Assembly: GCF_001548275.1 (NCBI RefSeq)
Contig: NZ_AP014945.1
Span: forward strand, 1,680,001 to 1,712,000
Direction of reading: 5' to 3'
DNA from: Caldimicrobium thiodismutans
GTDB taxonomy: Bacteria; Desulfobacterota; Thermodesulfobacteria; Thermodesulfobacteriales; Thermodesulfobacteriaceae
DNA length: 32,000 nt
The notes beneath the pieces were generated by a model. The model was not told the origin of the DNA. It was given only the letters and a program-made list of their open reading frames with translations, and searched no databases. How positions within the stretch are numbered: the first letter of the stretch is position 1; each line of letters opens with the position of its first letter. Positions 10,727-18,151 of this stretch are shown here, in pieces. A program made the translations under genes and the position numbers.

Positions 10727-11107
10727 GTGGCAAAGCCAAGGAAAAAAAAGATCAAAAAAAGTGTAGCAGAAGGGATTGTGCACATACATTCCACTTTCAA
10801 TAATACTATTATTACAATTACAGATAAGCAGGGGAATACCCTTTCCTGGGCAAGTGGAGGAACAGAGGGTTTTAAAGGAACCAGGAAGGGGACTCCTTAT
10901 GCAGCGCAACTTGCTATGCAGAATGCCTTGAAGAAGGCTCAAGGATATGGTTTGAGAGAGGTTTGGGTTTATGTGAAAGGGCCAGGGCCAGGGAGAGAAG
11001 CAGCCTTAAGGGCCCTTCAGGGGTCAGGTCTTAGGGTGACCCTTATTAAAGATGTTACCCCTATACCTCATGATGGATGCAGACCACCCAAGAGGAGAAG
11101 GGTTTAA
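10727..11107 (+). CDS. rpsK: 30S ribosomal protein S11
   Basis: GTG start. Contains [18 protein letters not shown] and ends [15 protein letters not shown]. Confidence 0.96.
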   Translation: MAKPRKKKIKKSVAEGIVHIHSTFNNTIITITDKQGNTLSWASGGTEGFKGTRKGTPYAAQLAMQNALKKAQGYGLREVWVYVKGPGPGREAALRALQGSGLRVTLIKDVTPIPHDGCRPPKRRRV

Positions 11108-11130
11108 TTTAAAAGAGGAGGAAGAAGAAT

Positions 11131-11763
11131 ATGGCCAGATATACAGGTGCCCGTTGTAGACTTTGCAGAAGGGAAGGTATGAAACTTTTTTTAAAAGGCG
11201 AAAGGTGCTATACTGATGCTTGTGCCTTTGAGAGAAGGAGTTATCCTCCAGGGCAGCACGGTCCTGTTCAACTGAGGATTAAACTTTCAGACTATGGAAT
11301 TCGTTTAAGAGAGAAACAAAAGGTTAAGAGAATTTATGGTATTTCAGAAAAACAGATGCAAAAATATTATGAAATGGCCATAAATATGGCTGGGCCTTCA
11401 GGACACAATCTTTTACAGCTTCTGGAGAGAAGACTTGATAATGTAGTTTATAGACTTGGCTTTGCCCCTTCCAGAACTCAGGCCAGACAGATGGTTAATC
11501 ACGGCTTTTTTACAGTTAATGGGAGACCTGTGGATATACCAAGTTATATTGTCAAACCTGGAGATGTGATTGAACTTAAGGAAAAATATAGAAGTAATTC
11601 CCAGATTCAAGAGAATTTGCAGGTAAGAGTCCAGAGAGGAATTCCGGCTTGGCTTGAGCTGGATGCTGAGAACTTTAAGGGAGTTGTTAAGTCCTTACCT
11701 TCAAGAGAAGACATAACTATACCCATTCAGGAATCTTATATAATTGAGTTTTACTCCAGATAA
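11131..11763 (+). CDS. rpsD: 30S ribosomal protein S4 (Cys-cluster form)
   Basis: N-terminus [31 protein letters not shown]. An S4 RNA-binding domain follows ([24 protein letters not shown]). Confidence 0.96.
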   Translation: MARYTGARCRLCRREGMKLFLKGERCYTDACAFERRSYPPGQHGPVQLRIKLSDYGIRLREKQKVKRIYGISEKQMQKYYEMAINMAGPSGHNLLQLLERRLDNVVYRLGFAPSRTQARQMVNHGFFTVNGRPVDIPSYIVKPGDVIELKEKYRSNSQIQENLQVRVQRGIPAWLELDAENFKGVVKSLPSREDITIPIQESYIIEFYSR

Positions 11764-11792
11764 CGAATTTTAATCAAGAGGGGTAAGTATCT

Positions 11793-12773
11793 ATGAAAAA
11801 AACCGTGGAATTAATTAAGCCAGAGGGGATTAGAACTCACAAGGATAGTCAATTCCCCTATTATGGAAAATTTATAATTGAACCCTTAGAAAGGGGATTT
11901 GGGCAAACCTTAGGTAATGCCTTTAGAAGAATATTATTATCCTCTATCCCGGGTTATTCTATAACAGAGGTCAGAATTGTTGGAGCTCCTCATGAGTTTA
12001 CCAGTTTGCCAGGAGTTATAGAGGATGTTACAGATATTATTTTGAATTTAAAGGGAGTGAGGTTTAAGTTAGAAGGGGAGGGCCCTTTTAATTTTAGTCT
12101 TAAAAAAAGTGGTCCTGCTGAGGTAAAAGCTGGAGACATTCAAGTTCCTGCTGAAATAGGGCAGGTTGTAAATCCAGAACATTATATTGCTACCCTTTCT
12201 GGGGATGGGCAGATTGAAATGGAATTAAAAGTTGAGAAGGGAAGGGGATATGCACCTGTGGAATATACTCGTAATAATGAGGTAGGTGTAATCCTTGTGG
12301 ATGGCCTTTTTTCTCCTATTACAAGAGTTAATTATACTGTCGGTCTTGCTCGTGTTGGTAAGAGTAGTGATTACGATAGTCTTGTTCTTGAAATTTGGAC
12401 AGATGGAACCATTGACCCCCAGTCAGCTTTTTTACAGGCTGCAAGAATTTTGGTTGAGCAATTGATGGTCTTTCTGGCAGGAGAAGAGATTTTTGCAACT
12501 GGGAAGCCTAAGAAAGAGCCTATAACTATATGCAATTATCTTAATATGACTGTGGATGAACTTGAGCTTTCTGGAAGATCTATAAATTGCTTAAAATCTT
12601 CGGGAATAAATTATGTTGGAGAACTGGTTCAAAAAACAGAATCTGAGCTTCTAAAGATCAGAAGTTTTGGAAGAAAATCCTTAGATGAGATTGTAGAGAA
12701 ACTTCGCCAGTATAATCTTAATCTTGGTATGAAAGATATTAAGTGGAAGCCTCCTAAGGTTTTGTCTGAATAA
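11793..12773 (+). CDS. rpoA: DNA-directed RNA polymerase alpha subunit
   Basis: 326 aa. N-terminal domain has FIIEPLERGFGQTLGNAFRRILLSSIPG. C-terminal domain has ELELSGRSINCLKSSGINYVGELV. Confidence 0.96.
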   Translation: MKKTVELIKPEGIRTHKDSQFPYYGKFIIEPLERGFGQTLGNAFRRILLSSIPGYSITEVRIVGAPHEFTSLPGVIEDVTDIILNLKGVRFKLEGEGPFNFSLKKSGPAEVKAGDIQVPAEIGQVVNPEHYIATLSGDGQIEMELKVEKGRGYAPVEYTRNNEVGVILVDGLFSPITRVNYTVGLARVGKSSDYDSLVLEIWTDGTIDPQSAFLQAARILVEQLMVFLAGEEIFATGKPKKEPITICNYLNMTVDELELSGRSINCLKSSGINYVGELVQKTESELLKIRSFGRKSLDEIVEKLRQYNLNLGMKDIKWKPPKVLSE

Positions 12774-12801
12774 TACTTGAAGATTTGAGGGGGAAGAAGA
12801 G

Positions 12802-13389
12802 ATGAGACACAGAAAAATAAGTAGAAGACTTACATCAACCACTGAGCACAGATTAGCCCTTATGAGAAATCAGGTAAGAGATCTCCTAAAGCATGGAAGA
12901 ATTACAACCACCCTTCCTAAGGCCAAAGAACTCAGAAGGTTTGCAGAAAGAATGATAACCTTGGCAAAAAGGGGAGATCTTGCTTCTCGTAGAAGGGCTT
13001 TAGCTTTTCTTCAAGATAAAGAGGTGGTTAAAAAACTTTTTTCAGAATTGAGAGAAAAATTTTTAGATAGATCTGGGGGCTATACAAGGATTATCAAGAT
13101 AGGTTTGAGAAGGGGAGATTCAGCTGAAACTGCTATTGTGGAGCTCGTTGAAGAAAAGGTCTCTTTCAGAAAATCAAAGAGGGGTGGAGAACGCTTAAAA
13201 AGGCTCCAAGAATTTATTGAGAGAAAAAAGAAGGAATATGGATTAGCACCAACTGAATCTAAGGAAGCTTCAGCTGAAGAGGTTTCAACAAAGGAATCTG
13301 AAATTGAACCTGAAAAAGTTGAACCAGCTCCATCAAAAGAAGGGTCTACTTCTGAAGAAAGTCCACAGCAAACAGATACTTCTAAATAA
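12802..13389 (+). CDS. rplQ: 50S ribosomal protein L17 with a long acidic/Ser-rich C-terminal tail
   Basis: MRHRKISRRLTSTTEHRLALMRNQ...GGYTRIIKIGLRRGDSAETAIVELV forms the L17 core (about 116 aa). About 79 low-complexity residues follow. Confidence 0.94.
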   Translation: MRHRKISRRLTSTTEHRLALMRNQVRDLLKHGRITTTLPKAKELRRFAERMITLAKRGDLASRRRALAFLQDKEVVKKLFSELREKFLDRSGGYTRIIKIGLRRGDSAETAIVELVEEKVSFRKSKRGGERLKRLQEFIERKKKEYGLAPTESKEASAEEVSTKESEIEPEKVEPAPSKEGSTSEESPQQTDTSK

Positions 13390-13390
13390 A

Positions 13391-13417
13391 AGGGTGTGGG
13401 CATAGCCCACCCTTTTT
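13391..13417. terminator. Bidirectional intrinsic terminator after rplQ
   Basis: AGGGTG(T)GG - loop - CCCACCCT hairpin (13391-13413). TTTTT follows on the + strand and TTTTATTT on the - strand. It closes the ribosomal cluster. Confidence 0.75.
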
Positions 13418-13449
13418 AATATTAATTTAAAAGGTAGTTCTAAAGTGGT

Positions 13450-14046
13450 TTAGAAAAGTAAAATTTTCCTGAACTTATAGCACATCAGCTTCACCTCTAT
13501 GGCCTCAAGCACAAGCTCCCTTGCATCCTCAATTAACCACTGATATTTCCCCTGCTTATAAAACTTCTCTCCCACTCTATCCCAAAAGCTCTTTAACTCC
13601 ATCTTTCAAATTCTCTTGTTTCCGCCTTCATTAAATAAAGATAACACCCAAGCCCTGCTAAAATATCAAATACCCTCAAAATCTTCTCATCCTCCACCCT
13701 CTTTAAATCTACCACATGAACCTTAAAAAGTTCTCCCTTTAATCCCTCTGGCACTGAAAATATCTCCTCTATCCTTTCAGGATACCCCCAGGGCTTATCC
13801 CCTTCATAAAACACAAGGGGTAAAACAGGGAGAGAGGGAGACCTGCTCTTCAGGGATGATTTTAAGGGAGTCAAGGTCAAGATGAGTTTTAATATGCTCA
13901 GGGAGGAAGGTTGAGAGGAAGCCTTTTAAGTTTTCAGGATCTTTGAGGAAGGCCTTGGCAAAAAGGTCATAGGGAACAGGATTTTTCTTCTGGGGATATG
14001 AACTTATGCAGCTGAAAATTTTTAAAGTTGAGTTATATTTTGGCAT
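13450..14046 (-). pseudogene. Decayed Rpn/YhgA-like PD-(D/E)XK nuclease (putative transposase-like) gene, split into three frame fragments
   Basis: Fragment 13804-14046 has the family N-terminus (PYDLFAKAFLKDPENLKGFLSTFLPEHIKTHLDLDSLKI). Fragment 13593-13880 has the later LPVLPLVFYEGDKPW segment. A third 50-codon piece (13450-13602) lies in another frame. The catalytic core that normally sits between the first two segments is absent. Confidence 0.6.
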
Positions 14047-15393
14047 ATGAAAAAGCTATATATTAAGACCTTTGGCTGTCAGATGAACGAAAATGATGCG
14101 GAAAGGGTTTATCTGCTATTAAAAGACAACTTTAAGCCTGTAGATAATCCTGAGGAAGCAGATCTTATTCTCATCAATACTTGTTCAGTTAGGGAAAAAC
14201 CAGAACACAAGCTTTACAGTGAAATTGGACGCTATAAAGAGTTAAAACTTAGAAGGCCAGAAATTATTATTGGAGCAATGGGTTGTGTGGCTCAGCAAGA
14301 AGGGGAAAGACTCTTTGAGCGATTTCCCTATCTTGATTTGGTTCTCGGAACTCAGGGATTTTACAGAATCAGAGAGGCTCTTGAAGAGCTTATAAAAACC
14401 GGTAAACCTGTGGCTTATACGGAATTAAAAGAGGATTTTAAGATTCCCTTAGTTTTACCAGAGGATAATTCTAAAAAAATGAAACCTAAAAGAGTAAAAG
14501 CTTATATCAGTATTATGCAGGGATGCGATAATTTTTGCACATACTGTATTGTGCCCTATGTGAGGGGAAGGGAAATAAGCAGACCTCCAGAGGAAATACT
14601 CAAAGAAGCTGAAGAACTGGTAAAAAAGGAAGGAGTTAAGGAGATTACCCTACTTGGGCAGAATGTTAATTCCTACGGGCTGAAAGAGAGTGGATACCCT
14701 GATTTTGCAGATCTTCTTGTCATGCTATTCCAGATTGAAGGTTTATTCAGAATCCGTTTTACAACCAGTCATCCCAAGGATCTTTCTGAAAAACTGATGA
14801 GGGTTATTGCAGAAAATCCAAAGGTATGCAAGCATATTCATTTGCCCCTTCAGGCGGGTTCAAACAAAATTCTTAAAAGAATGAACCGGAAATACACTAA
14901 AGAGGAATATCTTGAAAAGGTAGAAAAACTTAGAAGCCTCTGCCCTGAGATTGCTATAACCTCTGATATTATTGTTGGTTTCCCAGGTGAGAGTGAAGAG
15001 GATTTTCTTGAGACCCTTGATATGCTTGAAAAAGTGAGATTTCATGAGGTGTTTTCCTTTAAATATTCTGATCGCCCTTTTACCTCTGCAAGAAAATTTG
15101 AGGATAAGGTTTCAGAAGAGATAAAGGAAGCAAGACTTAAGAAGGTGCATGAGGTTCAGGCAAGGATTACTGAAGAAATTTATGGTTCTTATGTGGGAAA
15201 AGAGGTAGAAGTTCTTGTTGAAGGTAAAAGTGAAAGGGATCCTCAAAAACTTACCGGAAGAACCACCACCAATGTGGTTGTTAATTTTACAGCCCCAAGG
15301 ACAGGTCTTGAAGGAGCCCTGGTGAAGGTGCTTATTACAGAGGCTGGGAAACACTCCCTTAAAGGAGAATATAAGAAAACCTTAGTCTTTTAA
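14047..15393 (+). CDS. miaB: tRNA-i6A37 methylthiotransferase MiaB (radical SAM)
   Basis: N-terminus MKKLYIKTFGCQMNENDAE (UPF0004 domain). Radical-SAM motif CDNFCTYCIVP. C-terminal TRAM-like domain. 448 aa. Confidence 0.93.
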   Translation: MKKLYIKTFGCQMNENDAERVYLLLKDNFKPVDNPEEADLILINTCSVREKPEHKLYSEIGRYKELKLRRPEIIIGAMGCVAQQEGERLFERFPYLDLVLGTQGFYRIREALEELIKTGKPVAYTELKEDFKIPLVLPEDNSKKMKPKRVKAYISIMQGCDNFCTYCIVPYVRGREISRPPEEILKEAEELVKKEGVKEITLLGQNVNSYGLKESGYPDFADLLVMLFQIEGLFRIRFTTSHPKDLSEKLMRVIAENPKVCKHIHLPLQAGSNKILKRMNRKYTKEEYLEKVEKLRSLCPEIAITSDIIVGFPGESEEDFLETLDMLEKVRFHEVFSFKYSDRPFTSARKFEDKVSEEIKEARLKKVHEVQARITEEIYGSYVGKEVEVLVEGKSERDPQKLTGRTTTNVVVNFTAPRTGLEGALVKVLITEAGKHSLKGEYKKTLVF

Positions 15394-16383
15394 TTTTTTG
15401 GCAAGGTCACTTAAAATTTCAAGTTTTTTTCTTTCTCCCAGGGCTATCAGGATATCTCCGGGAAGAATTTTTTCTTGTGAACTCGGATTGAAGACCATTT
15501 CACCAGATCTTCTTTTTATTGCAAGGATAATGGCATTGGTTTGTTCTCGGATTTTGCTTTCCAGAATGGTTTTATGAGCAAGGGTTGAACCCTCCTCCAC
15601 AAAGATTTCCTCAATTTGTAAATCCATTTGAAGTTCAGGGGAGGCAATTTCCATAAAATCCATCACATTGGGTTTTAATAGGGAAAGGGCCATTTTTCTT
15701 GCTCCAATTACATAAGGAGATAATACTCTATTAGCTCCAGCCTGAAGAAGCTTCTTTTCCACTCTTGGATTATCCGCCCTTGCTACAATATAAAGCTGGG
15801 GATTTAAATTCCTTGCGGTAAGAACTATATAAACATTTTCAGCATCTTCTCCAAGGACAGCAACGAGATATTTAGCTCTTTCAATTCCTGCTTTAATAAG
15901 AATCTCCTCAGAAGTGGCATCTCCTTCAAGATGAAGGATTCCCTTTTCTTTTAATTCCTTGAGAATTTCTGAATTTTTTTCAATGACAACCATGGGTATC
16001 TCTTGATGGATAAATTCATAGATATATCTACCTATTCTTCCAAATCCACAAAGAATGCAATGATCTTTTAATTTAGCAATTTGCTTTTCCATCTTTTTCC
16101 CCCACAAATTTTCAACGGTATTTTTAACTACAATCTCACTGAATACTGCTAAGATATAAAAGAAAAAGCCTACACCTCCAAGGGCAAGAAAGATGGTAAA
16201 AATCCTTCCTGCTGTGGAAAGGGGCACATATTCTTCGTATCCGATAGTGGTTATAGTAATTACAGTCATATAGAGGGCATCAAAGGGGTTTGCACCTTCA
16301 ATGATTATATACCCAAGAGTTCCACCAAAAATCAAAGTGCTTAGCCAGAAAATACCAAGAAGAAGCAATTTTTTAGGTTCCAT
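15382..16383 (-). CDS. 2-TM potassium-channel-like protein with cytoplasmic RCK (TrkA-N/TrkA-C) domains
   Basis: Two N-terminal TM helices flank a pore helix and filter (DALYMTVITITTIGYEEY). A Rossmann CGFGRIGRY motif and a TrkA-C-like tail follow. The 3' end overlaps miaB convergently by 12 nt. Confidence 0.85.
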   Translation of the reverse strand: MEPKKLLLLGIFWLSTLIFGGTLGYIIIEGANPFDALYMTVITITTIGYEEYVPLSTAGRIFTIFLALGGVGFFFYILAVFSEIVVKNTVENLWGKKMEKQIAKLKDHCILCGFGRIGRYIYEFIHQEIPMVVIEKNSEILKELKEKGILHLEGDATSEEILIKAGIERAKYLVAVLGEDAENVYIVLTARNLNPQLYIVARADNPRVEKKLLQAGANRVLSPYVIGARKMALSLLKPNVMDFMEIASPELQMDLQIEEIFVEEGSTLAHKTILESKIREQTNAIILAIKRRSGEMVFNPSSQEKILPGDILIALGERKKLEILSDLAKKLKD

Positions 16384-16398
16384 GCTCTATAAATATAA

Positions 16399-16443
16399 TG
16401 CAAAATTTGCAAAGGAAAGATACTTTATATTGCAAAAATTGCA
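16399..16443 (+). promoter_or_regulatory. Two palindromic boxes (TGCAAA-A-TTTGCA and TGCAA-AAA-TTGCA), candidate activator binding sites
   Basis: Perfect inverted repeats at 16399-16411 and 16431-16443, 32 bp apart. Each is followed by AAGGAAAG. They lie 55-100 bp upstream of the sigma54-like element. Confidence 0.35.
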
Positions 16444-16495
16444 AAAGGAAAGCTCAGCCTCCTTTTTAAGACCTGATTTTTCATGGTAAAAATTC

Positions 16496-16511
16496 AGGCA
16501 CAAAATTTGAA
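16496..16511 (+). promoter_or_regulatory. Sigma54-like -24/-12 element (imperfect)
   Basis: AGGCACAAAATTTGAA compared with consensus TGGCAC-N5-TTGCW. The GG and TTG spacing is correct, but the -12 element reads GA rather than GC. It lies about 40 nt upstream of ATG 16552. Confidence 0.3.
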
Positions 16512-16551
16512 AGATATAAATAAAAATAAAATCCAAGGAGGAGGTGCTAAG

Positions 16552-16998
16552 ATGAGGAGGAAGGTTTTGAAGGGATTAGCAGTGGTAGGTTTAATTGGTG
16601 GGCTTGCTTTTACTGCTTTTGCCGATGCCCCTCAGGAGCAAAATCCTAACCCAGGATATCAGATGGGGCCAATGATGATGGGACCTGGATTTGGTGGACC
16701 AGGGAAAGGTTGTAGATGCGGATACACTATGCAAGCTAATGTTGATCCTGCTAAACTTCAAAAGTTCTATGAGGAGACAAAGGTTTTAAGACAGAAGATG
16801 TGGGAAACAAGAGAGGCCCTAAGAATGTCTTATCTCTCTACCAATCCCGATTGGAAGGCTATTTCTGAAAAAAGAGCAGAGCTTGCAAAGCTTATGACGG
16901 AACTTCAGGCAAAGGCCTCTCAATCAGGGGCTCCTTATGTATATGGAATGGGGATGGGAAGAGGCTTTTGTGGAATGGGCTATGGCCCAAGAATTTAA
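16552..16998 (+). CDS. Periplasmic ZraP/CpxP/Spy-family protein with Gly/Met/Cys-rich termini
   Basis: ATG 16552 follows an AAGGAGGAGG RBS; the track start at 16483 has none. Signal peptide MRRKVLKGLAVVGLIGGLAFTAFA. Helical core KLQKFYEETKVLRQKMWETREALRMSYLSTNPDWKAISEKRAELAKLM. The G/M-rich tail YGMGMGRGFCGMGYGPRI recalls the E. coli ZraP tail. Confidence 0.75.
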   Translation: MRRKVLKGLAVVGLIGGLAFTAFADAPQEQNPNPGYQMGPMMMGPGFGGPGKGCRCGYTMQANVDPAKLQKFYEETKVLRQKMWETREALRMSYLSTNPDWKAISEKRAELAKLMTELQAKASQSGAPYVYGMGMGRGFCGMGYGPRI

Positions 16999-17020
16999 AA
17001 ATAACTTAGGGGGTGATAAA

Positions 17021-17359
17021 ATGAAAGGATTAAAAATGTTATTAACAGGCCTTGCAGTTTTAACTTTTTTGGGAACATCTGAGGTTATGGCTAAAAGAGG
17101 AGGTCCCTATTTACCACCGGCAGATCCAGTTAAAGTAAAGGAATATTGCACTGAGATCCAGCCCCTTTATCAAAAAGAGTTTCAATTGAGAAATGAGATT
17201 CGTAGCATGATCTGGTCAGGAAATCCTAATTGGTCTGAGGTTGAAAGTAAAGAAATTGAGGCAGCAAAACTTCGGGTTGAGATGATGAAAAAGGCTCAGG
17301 AAAAGGGCTTGCCTCTCCCAAGAGGAATGAAACACATTAGAAGATATTGTGGTTGGTAA
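17021..17359 (+). CDS. Second periplasmic ZraP/CpxP/Spy-family paralog
   Basis: ATG 17021 follows a GGGGGTG RBS. Signal peptide MKGLKMLLTGLAVLTFLGTSEVMA. The core YQKEFQLRNEIRSMIWSGNPNWSEVESKEIEAAKLRVEMMK parallels the upstream gene (S-x-NP-[DN]-W). Confidence 0.7.
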   Translation: MKGLKMLLTGLAVLTFLGTSEVMAKRGGPYLPPADPVKVKEYCTEIQPLYQKEFQLRNEIRSMIWSGNPNWSEVESKEIEAAKLRVEMMKKAQEKGLPLPRGMKHIRRYCGW

Positions 17360-17388
17360 AAAAACAAACAAAAAAAGAGGTGTGAGCT

Positions 17389-17643
17389 ATGTTTAGAGGA
17401 GGTTTTTACAAAAAGTTTTTGGCATTGAGTTTGGTGGGTGGTTTTGTGGTTTCAAGCTGGACTTTTGTTCATGCCAGAGGCCCGATGGGAGGAGCTGGAC
17501 AAGGAAGGGGGCCAATGCATTATCAAAACCAGCAAAATGTTCAGACTCAGCAACAAAATAAAACTATGCAGCAGGAACGCAAGAGACAGAGAATTCATGC
17601 ACCTGGCACCGGACTTTCATCAAATACTACAAGTGGGACCTAA
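17389..17643 (+). CDS. Small secreted Gln/Asn-rich protein, unknown function
   Basis: GAGGTG RBS. Signal peptide ending VHA. The mature part begins RGPMGGAGQGRGPMHYQNQQNVQTQQQNK, which shares the GPM/G-rich motif with the first gene of the cluster. Confidence 0.6.
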   Translation: MFRGGFYKKFLALSLVGGFVVSSWTFVHARGPMGGAGQGRGPMHYQNQQNVQTQQQNKTMQQERKRQRIHAPGTGLSSNTTSGT

Positions 17644-17653
17644 AGATTTAGTA

Positions 17654-17680
17654 AGGGGGCTATAATGCCCCCTACTTTCA
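17654..17680 (+). terminator. GC-rich hairpin, possible partial terminator or attenuator inside the cluster
   Basis: AGGGGGC-TATAAT-GCCCCCT (7-bp stem, 17654-17673) followed by ACTTTCA. The U-tract is weak. Confidence 0.4.
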
Positions 17681-17693
17681 ATGGGAGGATAGT

Positions 17694-18149
17694 ATGCTAA
17701 AAAAGAGCTCTTTAAAGTGCTTATTTTTAATATTGACTTTATTAATAACCACAAAGGGATTTACCCTTGACAAACCTTTACCTGAATTTAAAGATGTAAA
17801 ACTTGAGACTCAGAAATACATTGATTATTTTTACAGTCTTAAGCTTTCACCCACTGAGCAAAAGACTTTGGAGCAGGCTTTAAAACCTATTCCTGCCCCT
17901 TGCTGTGCTGATAACTCTGCTTTGACCTGCTGATGCACTTGTAATTTATACAGGTCCTGGACGGGCCTTGCCAAGTGGATGATTAAAAAGGGATATTCAG
18001 CTGAAGAAGTGAGGGCTGGAGTTCTTAAATGGTTTAGTTTTGTAAATCCCACTGGATTTTCAGGAAAAGATTGTTATATAGGAAATTGTGAAAAGCCCTT
18101 TAATAAAGACGGATGCGGTGGAATGGATCCCAAAAGATTGAGGTGGTAA
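17694..18149 (+). CDS. Secreted Cys-rich protein with in-frame TGA at 17931-17933 (candidate selenocysteine); a conventional reading stops at 17933
   Basis: GGGAGG RBS and signal peptide MLKKSSLKCLFLILTLLITTKG. The sequence PCCADNSALTC-TGA-CTC continues in frame for 71 codons to TAA 18147-18149, 2 nt before the next start codon. Confidence 0.5.
17936..17977 (+). promoter_or_regulatory. Candidate bacterial SECIS-like stem-loop directly 3' of the in-frame UGA
   Basis: Lower stem CACUUG/CAAGUG (17936-17941 with 17972-17977). Upper stem AGGUCC/GGGCCU (17952-17957 with 17963-17968, including one G-U pair). Apical loop UGGAC starts 24 nt after the UGA. Confidence 0.35.
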
Positions 18150-18151
18150 AA

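Noticed and set aside
16483-17020. Upstream-extended starts proposed by the ORF track for the two ZraP-like genes (16483 and 16937), and 18113 for the OB-fold gene.
   Set aside because: The extensions lack an RBS, overlap the preceding gene or the promoter region, and would bury the signal peptide. Internal ATGs at 16552, 17021 and 18152 each follow a strong GGAGG-type RBS and expose a canonical signal peptide.
17438-17665. 75-aa alternate-frame ORF overlapping the Q-rich small-protein gene.
   Set aside because: It has no RBS and no signal peptide. The 17389 frame has both and shares the GPM/G-rich motif with its neighbour.
17655-17668. GG-N10-GC match (AGGGGGCTATAATGCC) upstream of the TGA-containing gene as a sigma54 promoter.
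   Set aside because: It coincides exactly with the GC-rich hairpin stem and matches the consensus only at the invariant dinucleotides. It is better explained as a terminator or attenuator structure.
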